Shown here: piece by piece, positions 49,706-58,875 of the stretch
Layout of the letters: each line of letters starts with the position of its first letter
Position numbering within the stretch: position 1 is the first letter of the stretch
The notes under the pieces: generated by a model
The model's input: the letters and a program-made list of their open reading frames with translations, nothing else
The model's database searches: none
Told to the model about the DNA's origin: nothing
Source: an uncultured virus (IMG/VR IMGVR_UViG_3300028490_000003)
Taxonomy: Duplodnaviria; Heunggongvirae; Uroviricota; Caudoviricetes
Virus record (IMG/VR): IMGVR_UViG_3300028490_000003
DNA length: 63,859 bases
Reading direction: 5' to 3' (one strand)
Program-made: the position numbers and the translations under genes

Positions 49706-52700
49706 ATGAAAGCTAAAAAAGATGTCTTTGAATTTAAAAAGGAAGAAGGAACTTATATACATAATATGTATGAATTCTTTGTAATGGCTTTAAATTATTC
49801 TCAGTCTATTGAATATAAAACTAAAGTTAAAGGATATGATTATACTTATTTTTTAGGGCCTATTCAAGATGCTATAGTTAATGAGGATAGAGCTAAATTT
49901 GAGAAATACTTTCAAGATAATTTTTTCGATAGATTAAAGGGGGAAACAAAATCTCCTGAATATATTCAGTTTAAGAAAGCGTTTAATTTTATACGTAAAA
50001 ATGTAAAGAATGGAGATTTAGTATTTGTAGATGCAGCGCTAAGTTCATTAACATCTTTCTTGAAAACAAATGTGTATAGAGCTTCATTACCTGGGCCATT
50101 AACACTTATGCCTGAAGTAGTTATAGGAAATGATTCTATGGGTATAGTAGGTATAGTGGATTTAATGGTAATAGACGGTAGAGGTACTGTTCATTTATAT
50201 GATTATAAAACTAAAGAAGAGAATAAATTTCATAACTGGGCATATTTAAAAGGAAATGTTAGACTTAGAAATGAGATGGATTCTTATAAGAATAATGCTA
50301 TGACAAAGGCTAGTATTCAATTATCTTTATATAAACTTATTTTAAAAGAAAGAGGATTGGATGTTGGTAGTACTAGCGTAGCTTATGTAGAAGCTGCTAT
50401 TAAAGGAGGTGATCCTGCAAATATTTTCAGCGATCCTAAAAAACTTAAATATAAAGTAAAAAGAATCTTTAAAACTTCTTTAATAGATGTATCTGCAGAT
50501 TTAACAAAATACTTTAAACGTGAAGGTGTCGACAACTCAATTATATATGAGAACACAGATGCTGCTGAAATAACTGATTTTGTTGTGCGTGCAGCTGGTG
50601 GATTTAATATAGAGATCCCAGGGGATATTGAAGTTACAGCTAAAAGAATATATGATAGATCAATAGGGAGAAGTAAATTTAATAGTGAAAAACAACAGGC
50701 TGTTCAGCGTATCCTTAATATGGGAGGGACTGATAAAAAAGGTCTAAATATTGTATTACCAGGGGAGATTAAACATACTATTCCTAAAACCATAATAGGA
50801 GAAAAAGCTACTATTGAGTATATTGTTGATTTAATAAAGAAAAGAAAAGGAACATCTTTTATAGAGAGTGATTTAGAATCTATTTTCAATAGTCTAGATA
50901 GAAATAGAGTGATTGAAGAAGAGACGTTATCTGCTGGAGATAAAGAAAAAGCTATTAGAGGTTTACTTAATGGTACTGATTCTTCTACTTATGAATTTAT
51001 GAAGTTTTCTTCTGATATTAATTATGGTACTGATTTTAATGGGGTATCATTCTTAAAAAATAAAATAACTGGAGAGGTTAGAATTATTGTATTAAACCCT
51101 GATGAAGAACGTTTTATTCCTTTCAGAGAAGGGTATCATAACATATTAGGTAACTACATAAGTACTAATGCTTTAAAAGCACAGTATCCTACAATAGCAT
51201 GGACTAATACTAATTTCAATATGAGATTAATTAAAACTGGTCTTATGATATTAAGAGCTAAGCAATTAAACCCAGATTTTAAAGTCAGTATGATTTTAAT
51301 GAATAGAGGATTTAAAACTGGTAATGATCGTCCTATTAAAGTAGATATGCTTGAGTTGATGGAAGTTACTAAAGCTATGATGGAAGAAGCAAATAAAGCA
51401 GGAGAAGAGTTACCTTCAGTGTTTCAAGAGTCTGTAAATGATTACGATACATTTAATCCTAATAATTATATGCCTGATCCTTTATTAGCTGTTAGTGATT
51501 ATATAGAAAGTCTTACTAGTAATAATATAGATCTTGAAAATGTATTTTCTAAAAAGGGAGCTGAACGAGCTAGAGCTGTTTCTAAGATAATTAAGAATTA
51601 TGACGAAACTGTAGATTTTCAAAAGCTGTTAGATGCAGTACAGGATTTACAACATTCTTTAGAACTTAGAATTAGCCCTTCAAAAAGAGCTAGTAGTGAT
51701 GTTTGGAAAGTATTAGATGATTCTATTTTATTTTTACTAGGATTTAATTTTACAATAAGTCCTAAAAATACATCATGGACTCAGAAGTTCTTTTTCATGC
51801 CTTCTGCTACATCAAATGTATATATGTCATCATTTAATAGAAAAATAACTACTTCTAATACTGCTTATAGAACAGATTTTATAGCTTATAAAAAGAAATT
51901 TAATATCTTAATTCAAGATTTAGCTGATGAAAATGGAGTAAATATTAGTGCCTTAGGAGAGTCTTTATTTAGAGCTAGTATGAAAGATTTAATGACTAAT
52001 CTTTTTGTTGATCCTACAAATACTGACAAGGCTAAAGCTTATACTTTAAAGAGTGAAACTGCAGCTGGGTTAAATAGCGCAGAAAAAGCTCTGATTAGAT
52101 TTATTAATGAGCAAATGAATTTAAATATTGAAAACTCTATAAACAGATCTTTTAATATAAAGAATGGGTGGCTTCCTCTTATACCTAGATCTAAGCTAAG
52201 CGCTAGAGAAGATACCGACGCATTAGAAAGAGCTGAAAAATCTCTTAAAAGTTTATATAAAATAAAAACTAATACTACTGTAGATAACCATGATTTAGAT
52301 ACTAGTAGAGAAAAAGAATTTTCTACTAAGAATGCATTTGATCACCAAATACCAGGTAAAAAACAAGAGGGGTTACAATTTACTAATGATAGAAGATATT
52401 TATTAGGTATAGACGAAGATGGGAATGCAATTGATAATAATTCAGATGGTATATTCGAAGATAATATAGAGAATATTGTAGATGCTATTGTAGCGTCGTC
52501 TCTGCAAACAGTGCACTTTAGAGATGTATCATCATTTGGTAGAGCTTTATTTTATAATGTTAAAAGAGAAGAACAATTAACTGGAAATACATATGATAAT
52601 ATATTAGATGTACTTACTATTATTCAAAGAAAGAACATTAATAATAAAACGTCTGATGAAAAAATACCAGGGCTGGCCTCTCTAAACAAGATTGCAACTG

Positions 52701-54034
52701 GAGCTGTTATTGCAGGTTCTATTAATCAGATGTTATTAGAGACATTTACTAACCCTTTAATAACTATGGATAATTACTTAGGTGATTTAATCTATGGAAC
52801 AATATTTAAAGGGCAACGAGAATTTGGTCTTACTAGTTATAGAAAAGCATTTAATATTGTTACTGGAATTACATCTAGTAAAGATAAAGCAGTTTTAGAA
52901 GCTATTGATTTACAATATGGTTTCTCAAATAGTGATTCTACTGAAATGCAAAAAGTATTAAAAATGCTTGAAGGTAATTCTATTTTCCAAAGTCATAAAT
53001 TAATGTATGTTAATAAGCTTATTTTAGAATCTTGGCAAAAAATTACTATGGCTGCCTATATGATAGAGCAGGGGAGTTTCTATGCTCATAGTCTTGATGG
53101 TGATGGTAATCTTGTATATGATGATACTAAAGATAAACGTTTTTATGGTGGAAGTAATACAGAGTATAAAGATAAATTTTACAAAGCTACTAAAGCAAAA
53201 ATGGCTACAGAAAGATCTGGGTTAACTGGAACTGTCCGTGATCCTTACGACGAAAGAGATCTTGCAAAAGCTTACACAGAATTTGATATAAACTATTTAA
53301 AAGAAAAATTAGTGGAATTATATTCTTCTTTAGATAATAGTTCTAAATCCATGGCTATTTATTATACTTGGATGAGTTTTATAACTAAAATGAGAACATG
53401 GTTATTTGCTAAAATGGGACGTTATTTTAAAAAGCCTATGACTGCTCAAGAAGGGGCTTCTATGTCTAGACTTAGAAGAATTAAAGATGATAGTGCAGAA
53501 GGAGGGTATAGACTAGAATGGGTAGGAGAAGCTTCTGAAGGTATTCTATTCTCTGTTTTTGGAATTGGTAGATTATTTATGGAATATAAATTTGATATGT
53601 TTAAGAATGGAACTGTTACAGAGGTTCATAAAAAGAATATGTCTAAATTAATTGCTGATATGATAGTAGGATTAGGGCTTGCAGCTGCAGCCTGGGGAAT
53701 GTTTAATATGGGATTAGATGACGACGATAGAAAAAACCCTTTAGCTCAGATTGTATATAAAAGATTTATGATGGCTACAGGTGATGCATTTTTAATTAAA
53801 TCTTTAGTAGATACTACTATGGGAAATGGGTCTATGTTTATTGGCCCAGCTATTATAAAGAATGCTTTTATGAAAGCAGGTTCTGCTGTTTGGATGACAG
53901 GTACATATGGGTTTAATGATGATATCACTCCAGGAGATGTTGGAGAATCTTATATAAGAGCGGCGGCAGGGTTTTATGGCCCAATTAAGTCAGGTACTCA
54001 GTTATATGACATCTATAAATCTTTTGATGACTAA
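49706..54034 (+). CDS. Giant cargo protein, C-terminal part: PD-(D/E)xK (RecB-like) nuclease plus helical/hydrophobic region
   Basis: GTYIH..YE, PEVVI, GIVDLMVID...LYDYKT and QLSLY motifs. Hydrophobic LIADMIVGLGLAAAAWGMF near the C-terminus. Confidence 0.8.
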   Translation: MKAKKDVFEFKKEEGTYIHNMYEFFVMALNYSQSIEYKTKVKGYDYTYFLGPIQDAIVNEDRAKFEKYFQDNFFDRLKGETKSPEYIQFKKAFNFIRKNVKNGDLVFVDAALSSLTSFLKTNVYRASLPGPLTLMPEVVIGNDSMGIVGIVDLMVIDGRGTVHLYDYKTKEENKFHNWAYLKGNVRLRNEMDSYKNNAMTKASIQLSLYKLILKERGLDVGSTSVAYVEAAIKGGDPANIFSDPKKLKYKVKRIFKTSLIDVSADLTKYFKREGVDNSIIYENTDAAEITDFVVRAAGGFNIEIPGDIEVTAKRIYDRSIGRSKFNSEKQQAVQRILNMGGTDKKGLNIVLPGEIKHTIPKTIIGEKATIEYIVDLIKKRKGTSFIESDLESIFNSLDRNRVIEEETLSAGDKEKAIRGLLNGTDSSTYEFMKFSSDINYGTDFNGVSFLKNKITGEVRIIVLNPDEERFIPFREGYHNILGNYISTNALKAQYPTIAWTNTNFNMRLIKTGLMILRAKQLNPDFKVSMILMNRGFKTGNDRPIKVDMLELMEVTKAMMEEANKAGEELPSVFQESVNDYDTFNPNNYMPDPLLAVSDYIESLTSNNIDLENVFSKKGAERARAVSKIIKNYDETVDFQKLLDAVQDLQHSLELRISPSKRASSDVWKVLDDSILFLLGFNFTISPKNTSWTQKFFFMPSATSNVYMSSFNRKITTSNTAYRTDFIAYKKKFNILIQDLADENGVNISALGESLFRASMKDLMTNLFVDPTNTDKAKAYTLKSETAAGLNSAEKALIRFINEQMNLNIENSINRSFNIKNGWLPLIPRSKLSAREDTDALERAEKSLKSLYKIKTNTTVDNHDLDTSREKEFSTKNAFDHQIPGKKQEGLQFTNDRRYLLGIDEDGNAIDNNSDGIFEDNIENIVDAIVASSLQTVHFRDVSSFGRALFYNVKREEQLTGNTYDNILDVLTIIQRKNINNKTSDEKIPGLASLNKIATGAVIAGSINQMLLETFTNPLITMDNYLGDLIYGTIFKGQREFGLTSYRKAFNIVTGITSSKDKAVLEAIDLQYGFSNSDSTEMQKVLKMLEGNSIFQSHKLMYVNKLILESWQKITMAAYMIEQGSFYAHSLDGDGNLVYDDTKDKRFYGGSNTEYKDKFYKATKAKMATERSGLTGTVRDPYDERDLAKAYTEFDINYLKEKLVELYSSLDNSSKSMAIYYTWMSFITKMRTWLFAKMGRYFKKPMTAQEGASMSRLRRIKDDSAEGGYRLEWVGEASEGILFSVFGIGRLFMEYKFDMFKNGTVTEVHKKNMSKLIADMIVGLGLAAAAWGMFNMGLDDDDRKNPLAQIVYKRFMMATGDAFLIKSLVDTTMGNGSMFIGPAIIKNAFMKAGSAVWMTGTYGFNDDITPGDVGESYIRAAAGFYGPIKSGTQLYDIYKSFDD

Positions 54035-54035
54035 C

Positions 54036-54090
54036 AAAAAAAAAGCCCCAGAAAAATCAAATTAATGACTCCTCTGGGGCTTATGTATTA
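54036..54090. terminator. Bidirectional intrinsic terminator between the convergent modules
   Basis: Stem AAGCCCCAGA/TCTGGGGCTT, with A9 on the left (U-tract for the - strand) and TTATGTATT on the right. Lies between the stops at 54034 and 54094. Confidence 0.85.
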
Positions 54091-54093
54091 TAA

Positions 54094-54624
54094 TTAATCT
54101 ATGAAAGCAAGCTTACTTAGCTCTTCTTTTCCTATAATATAATTATTTATTTTAAAATCTACTATTAACATAGTTATTCGTTCGTACGCTTTATTCACTT
54201 CAATACCAACTTCTTCCTTGGAAAATACATCCACATTATCAGGTAAATCAGATACCACTGAATTTATCTTATCATAAAGATGGTCATCAAAATCTATTAA
54301 AAGAGATAATAACTCGTTCCCAGAATTATAAATTTCTTGAGATAAATTGAATCTTATTAATAAGCCCATTATAGCTGTATTTAAAAAAATTTCTCCTTTT
54401 TTATTCTTTTTAGCTAATCCTGGTAATTTTAAAATATCACTATTAAAAAGAAACCCTTTTGCACTTATACTATTTTCTTCATATAGAAGTTTTCTTATCC
54501 TATATTCATATATAGGAGTGGCTGACATTCTATTAAAATTATATAGAGGAGACTTTTCATCATCTGTATGTAAATCTTCCTTTGTTAAAATTAACTTTTT
54601 CTTCTCTTTATTTAGTTTTCTCAT
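54094..54624 (-). CDS. Hypothetical protein
   Basis: ORF in the tightly packed - strand operon. ATG at 54624 is preferred over TTG at 54633. Confidence 0.7.
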   Translation of the reverse strand: MRKLNKEKKKLILTKEDLHTDDEKSPLYNFNRMSATPIYEYRIRKLLYEENSISAKGFLFNSDILKLPGLAKKNKKGEIFLNTAIMGLLIRFNLSQEIYNSGNELLSLLIDFDDHLYDKINSVVSDLPDNVDVFSKEEVGIEVNKAYERITMLIVDFKINNYIIGKEELSKLAFID

Positions 54625-54838
54625 AAACTTCAATTATATTAAATTTTTTATTCAGTTCTGTTATAAAGGTTAATAGTACATTAGCCATAATATCAGTTTC
54701 TTCACCCTCTTTAAAATCTATCATCTCTAGTGGAGCTATCATCATCATAGGACTCATGTCTAGCTCCATTACAGACTCATCTTCATGGCTATTTTTATAC
54801 TCTAAAATAAAGGTAAAAGAATTAAACATCTCAGGCAT
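54608..54838 (-). CDS. Hypothetical protein
   Basis: 76 aa, short overlaps with both neighbours. Confidence 0.6.
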   Translation of the reverse strand: MPEMFNSFTFILEYKNSHEDESVMELDMSPMMMIAPLEMIDFKEGEETDIMANVLLTFITELNKKFNIIEVYEKTK

Positions 54839-55127
54839 TTACTACTGGAACATCTAAAAGCATTTTTAACCTGCTTTCAATTAACTCCAGAAGCAATTGT
54901 TGTCTTTTCATAGCATATAGGGCCCTATGAGCCGCAAGTGCTGCTTCTTTCTCCGTTTGATTTTCACGTATTAAGTGTTCATTATTATTCTGATCATATT
55001 TTTCATTGATATTAATAATATCTTTTTTAATTGTAAACCTCCAACGGTCTAACTCTGTAATATCTGTTTCTTTCTGTACATCTGATTCATTTATTCCTAA
55101 TGTACTATTATATATTTCTTTATTCAT
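54831..55127 (-). CDS. Hypothetical coiled-coil protein
   Basis: 98 aa, ATGA overlap with the upstream gene. Confidence 0.65.
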   Translation of the reverse strand: MNKEIYNSTLGINESDVQKETDITELDRWRFTIKKDIININEKYDQNNNEHLIRENQTEKEAALAAHRALYAMKRQQLLLELIESRLKMLLDVPVVNA

Positions 55128-55708
55128 ATTTTTATGTATTTAAATTTTATTACCAATTTTCTATCCTTCTCTTTTTCTACAAAGATATATTCATAACTAG
55201 TCCTGCTTCTAAATTGTGGACTATCATCTCTGAGAATCTTAGTATTAACCATTGCATCCTCAAATAACTTAGTTAAAATCCACATGTTAGTTATATCAGG
55301 CGTCTGTGATGTATAAATATCATAGATTTTAATATCTATACTCATTCTATACCCTAAAAATACTGGGAAAGGTTCTGTGAATCTTTTTTCAATATATTTA
55401 GTAAAATAGAGATGATAAAAATTAGTAATTTGAGACCTTAATGTCCAATGCATATTCGTGCTGTAAAAAGCTTGTCCATTAAGATTCCAATATTTTGTAT
55501 TTCCTGCTTTATTATCATTTCGTATTAGTCTTTTATTAGTACTATCAACATAATAGCTAGTACGTCCAAATTTTTTAAGGCGGGCCCCCTTATGTTTCAA
55601 AGGGAGCTTTGTACCTTTCTTATAGTATTGGGCAGCTATTTTTCCAACTGGCATTTTATTTTTCCAGTTCTTAATAGTCATCGTAAAAGTTGTTTTATTT
55701 GTAATCAT
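55124..55708 (-). CDS. RusA-like Holliday junction resolvase
   Basis: PDITNMWILTKLFEDAM...ILRDDS matches the RusA D..N...K...D...DD pattern. The ATG at 55708 lies just after the RNR stop. Confidence 0.7.
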   Translation of the reverse strand: MITNKTTFTMTIKNWKNKMPVGKIAAQYYKKGTKLPLKHKGARLKKFGRTSYYVDSTNKRLIRNDNKAGNTKYWNLNGQAFYSTNMHWTLRSQITNFYHLYFTKYIEKRFTEPFPVFLGYRMSIDIKIYDIYTSQTPDITNMWILTKLFEDAMVNTKILRDDSPQFRSRTSYEYIFVEKEKDRKLVIKFKYIKI

Positions 55709-55709
55709 G

Positions 55710-58415
55710 TCAACAGGCGCCCCATCCGCACGAATTACATTTTTTACAACCTTCCTCATATACAACATTATCATCTCCACATTGTGGACATTTTGTACCT
55801 TTACTGATACCATCAGGGATGAATGTTTTTAATATCCTAGCAATTGCGCTATTGAATCCAAACATATCACCACTAGTTTTTAATAAGTCCTCTACTATAT
55901 ATATAATATTTCTACCATGGCGTAATGACCCTGATATCAAGCGCGTTATAATCTCTTGCTCGTCAGTCATCTTACCAGTAATTATTCTATGACGACTATC
56001 CTCATCGTCACCAACAAATTGATAATCTCCTTTTCCTACCTTAACAATTTCTCCATTACCTTCTTTAGTTCCACCTTTATAAGCAAACAGCTCATAAGGG
56101 ATACCATCCATTATACCAACAAATACACTAAATCTATCTCCTTTACTTATAGTAGTAAAAGCAATACCCTCTACAACAGGAGGACGTTTTATCGAATTGT
56201 TATACATAAATTTTTGGTAATCTCTTTTCTGCGCATCTGTAGTAATAAGAACGCCATCTCTGGAACCATCACGATATACAGTTATTCCTTTAAGTCCAGC
56301 TTTCCAACCATCGATATAAATATCGTTTACTTTTTGAATACTTACAGTCTTAGGTAAATTCACAGTTGAACTTATAGAATGCGTTGTATATCTTTGTACC
56401 ATTGCCTGGGTTTCAATCCTCTCTTCTGCGTATAGAAATTCTGCTGTAGACATAAACCATGGGGACGCTTCAAATGCTTTTTGTAGCAATTCTTCATCCC
56501 ATTTATTTACATCTGTTCTAGCTACAAACTTTCCATTGTTAAGAAATACATTTTCTATCCACCATTTAAATTTAGGGTGAATTACATAATGCTCTGTCCA
56601 TTTATCTCCATTATCATCTACAAAATCATAATCTACTGCATCAACAGTAAGTTTTTTTCTTCTTTTATAGAAAGCACTGAATAAAGGTTCTATACCAGCT
56701 GTAACTTGAGCTAGCATACTTAATGACCCTGTAGGGGCAACAGTTGACCAACTTACGTTTCGTCTACCATATTTAAACATGCGTGCTGCTTGTTTTGGAA
56801 ATTCATCACAAAGCATTTGGTAAAAAGAATTCATTCCATGTAGTTTGCCATCTATCTCTAGAAACTCTCTATCTGGATCCCATCCTTTAAAGGGCCCTCT
56901 TAATACAGCCATATCTATTGTACAGTCTAATTCTGCTCTAAGCTTAGTTTTCATCACTTCTTTGATAAAATCTAAGGCTTCTTGAGAACCGTATCTTAGT
57001 CCTCTTTTTCCAATAGCTGCAAGAGTATCTCCTAAACCAGTAAATCCTAGTCCAGTTCTTCTCCCATCTGCACCTGCGGTGTATAATTTTTCCCACACAT
57101 TTTTTTCTATGTTTTTAAGATCTTCTGGAATATCATCTAAAGAAATTTTATCAATGATATCTCGAATTCTTAAAAGTTCAAGATCAACAACATTATCACT
57201 CATTCTCATAGCATCATAAACAACACTATAAAATTTATCTAAATCAAAGCCTCCATCTTTAAAAGGTTTGGTTACAAATCCAAATAAATTTAATGCTATT
57301 AATCTACAACTATCGTTTGCTGGTAATGGTATTTCTCCACATGGGTTAGTACTAATAGCCTGATATTGAGAGTATACACCTGCAGGGTCTGCAAATTTAA
57401 TAGCATCCCAAAATAGAATTCCTGGCTCAGCTGATGTATGTGCAGCTTTAATTAAGCTATCCCATATAGTTCTAGCTTTTACCCATCTATGCATTCTAAT
57501 AGACTTCTTATTTCCACCTTTACGCTGTGTAGCTGTATACAATTTATCAAGCTCTTCATTTTCTCCTCTTACTTCTCGTACATTAATATCTTTCGGCCAT
57601 CTTAAACAATATTCTTTATCTGCAAGTACTGCTTCCATAAAGGTATCAGAGACTTTTACAGAAATATTAGCTCCTGTAACTCTAGTAAGATCTTGTTTAA
57701 TATGTATAAATTGTTCTATATCTGGGTGAGATATATCTATACTGATCATAAGTGCGCCTCTTCTGGATCCTTGTGAGACTTCTCTAGTAGTATTACTAAA
57801 TCTGTCCATAAAAGATACAGCTCCTGAGGAGGTTTTAGCAAAATTATTCACTGTAGAACCTTCAGGTCTAAGTGTTGTAATGTCCATACCTACCCCACAC
57901 CTCATTTTCATAAGTTGTGCTAATTCTTGATCTGATTTAAATATACCAGAATAAGAATCATAAGGTGAATCTATTACAATACAATTACTTATGGATCCTA
58001 ATGTTTCAGTACCAAGTACTGCCATTATACTTCCTTGCGGAATTATATGAGCAAATTCATGCATTGATGCAAATATATCAGCATCTTCTAAATGCTTTCG
58101 TTCAACATAATATGAACTTAAAGCCTCAATATATTCTTTTTTATGTGCTTTAATTGTTTTCTTTTCTTCAATAATATTAGACTCTTCTATACTAGAAAAT
58201 GCTTGCGCTAATCTCATGTGCATATCGTCTGGCGTCACCTCTCCTCCGTCTTTATCTGCATATTTTTGAAACCATACTACTGCTGCCAGTGTATCTAATC
58301 TAAAATACAACAAAAGACTTTTAATATCATCATCTGACATATTATATTTTCTAAAGATATTTAATTCATCATTAGTAAAATATGTAGCGACATTTGTTTT
58401 GTCTGTTTTTTTCAT
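55710..58415 (-). CDS. nrdJ: Class II (adenosylcobalamin-dependent) ribonucleotide reductase
   Basis: SNC, TNPCGE, RRTGLG, APTGSLS, ISSTVN and KGITVYRDGSR motifs, with a C-terminal CPQCG...EEGCKKCNSCGWGAC zinc ribbon. No adjacent small-subunit gene. Confidence 0.92.
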   Translation of the reverse strand: MKKTDKTNVATYFTNDELNIFRKYNMSDDDIKSLLLYFRLDTLAAVVWFQKYADKDGGEVTPDDMHMRLAQAFSSIEESNIIEEKKTIKAHKKEYIEALSSYYVERKHLEDADIFASMHEFAHIIPQGSIMAVLGTETLGSISNCIVIDSPYDSYSGIFKSDQELAQLMKMRCGVGMDITTLRPEGSTVNNFAKTSSGAVSFMDRFSNTTREVSQGSRRGALMISIDISHPDIEQFIHIKQDLTRVTGANISVKVSDTFMEAVLADKEYCLRWPKDINVREVRGENEELDKLYTATQRKGGNKKSIRMHRWVKARTIWDSLIKAAHTSAEPGILFWDAIKFADPAGVYSQYQAISTNPCGEIPLPANDSCRLIALNLFGFVTKPFKDGGFDLDKFYSVVYDAMRMSDNVVDLELLRIRDIIDKISLDDIPEDLKNIEKNVWEKLYTAGADGRRTGLGFTGLGDTLAAIGKRGLRYGSQEALDFIKEVMKTKLRAELDCTIDMAVLRGPFKGWDPDREFLEIDGKLHGMNSFYQMLCDEFPKQAARMFKYGRRNVSWSTVAPTGSLSMLAQVTAGIEPLFSAFYKRRKKLTVDAVDYDFVDDNGDKWTEHYVIHPKFKWWIENVFLNNGKFVARTDVNKWDEELLQKAFEASPWFMSTAEFLYAEERIETQAMVQRYTTHSISSTVNLPKTVSIQKVNDIYIDGWKAGLKGITVYRDGSRDGVLITTDAQKRDYQKFMYNNSIKRPPVVEGIAFTTISKGDRFSVFVGIMDGIPYELFAYKGGTKEGNGEIVKVGKGDYQFVGDDEDSRHRIITGKMTDEQEIITRLISGSLRHGRNIIYIVEDLLKTSGDMFGFNSAIARILKTFIPDGISKGTKCPQCGDDNVVYEEGCKKCNSCGWGAC

Positions 58416-58426
58416 TTGATTTAATT

Positions 58427-58458
58427 AAAAAAAATGCACCCCTCTTATAGAGATGCAT
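58427..58458 (-). terminator. Intrinsic terminator upstream of nrdJ
   Basis: On the - strand: ATGCATCTCT-ATAAG-AGGGGTGCAT followed by a T run. Confidence 0.75.
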
Positions 58459-58465
58459 CTTAAAA

Positions 58466-58819
58466 TTATGTATCCTTTTTCTTATTCTTCGCAGCTAGTT
58501 TAGCTTCTGCTTCTAATTTAGCCTCTTCTGCTAGTCTAGCCTGTACAATATTATCATCATGAATAGCTTTTTGCCATTGAATAATACTTCCAAGGTGCCC
58601 CCATACTTGATCTACAGCTCTTTCACGTGCAAATTTTTTACCTATTGCGAAATCAAAATTCTCAGGATCTATTACTGAACTTGTTCCTATTACTTCATAA
58701 CCCGTGTTAAGTATTAGTAAGCAAATTGTAGTCTTACTTCCTATTTTAAGAAATTGTTCTGCTATTATAGCAGCTTCTACATCTTTTTCAGTTACTCTAA
58801 ATTCTTGTTTTTCTTCCAT
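58466..58819 (-). CDS. N4 Gp49/Sf6 gp66-family protein
   Basis: TTICLLILNTGYEVIGTSSVIDPENFDFAIGKKFARERAVDQVW matches the family pattern (T.C.L.L.NG..V.G.SACV.PENFD..IG...A). Confidence 0.85.
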   Translation of the reverse strand: MEEKQEFRVTEKDVEAAIIAEQFLKIGSKTTICLLILNTGYEVIGTSSVIDPENFDFAIGKKFARERAVDQVWGHLGSIIQWQKAIHDDNIVQARLAEEAKLEAEAKLAAKNKKKDT

Positions 58820-58875
58820 TTTATTATTTAAATTATTAATATTAATAGTATATTTAAAACGTTGAAATAGTTATT

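Noticed and set aside
49677..49709. Amber (TAG) recoding or read-through, as found in some crAss-like phages
   Set aside because: The two ORFs are in different frames, and read-through reaches TGA after 9 codons. Multi-kilobase ORFs are open in the standard code, so there is no sign of TAG reassignment.
2619..53928. Many short antisense or alternate-frame ORFs in the track (e.g. 3461..3781, 7269..7553, 19037..19387, 45269..45700)
   Set aside because: They lie within or across long, motif-bearing genes and have shadow-ORF composition.
55709..55813. Long N-terminal extension of the RusA-like ORF (track start 55813)
   Set aside because: It overlaps the conserved nrdJ C-terminus by about 100 nt. 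The ATG at 55708 fits better.
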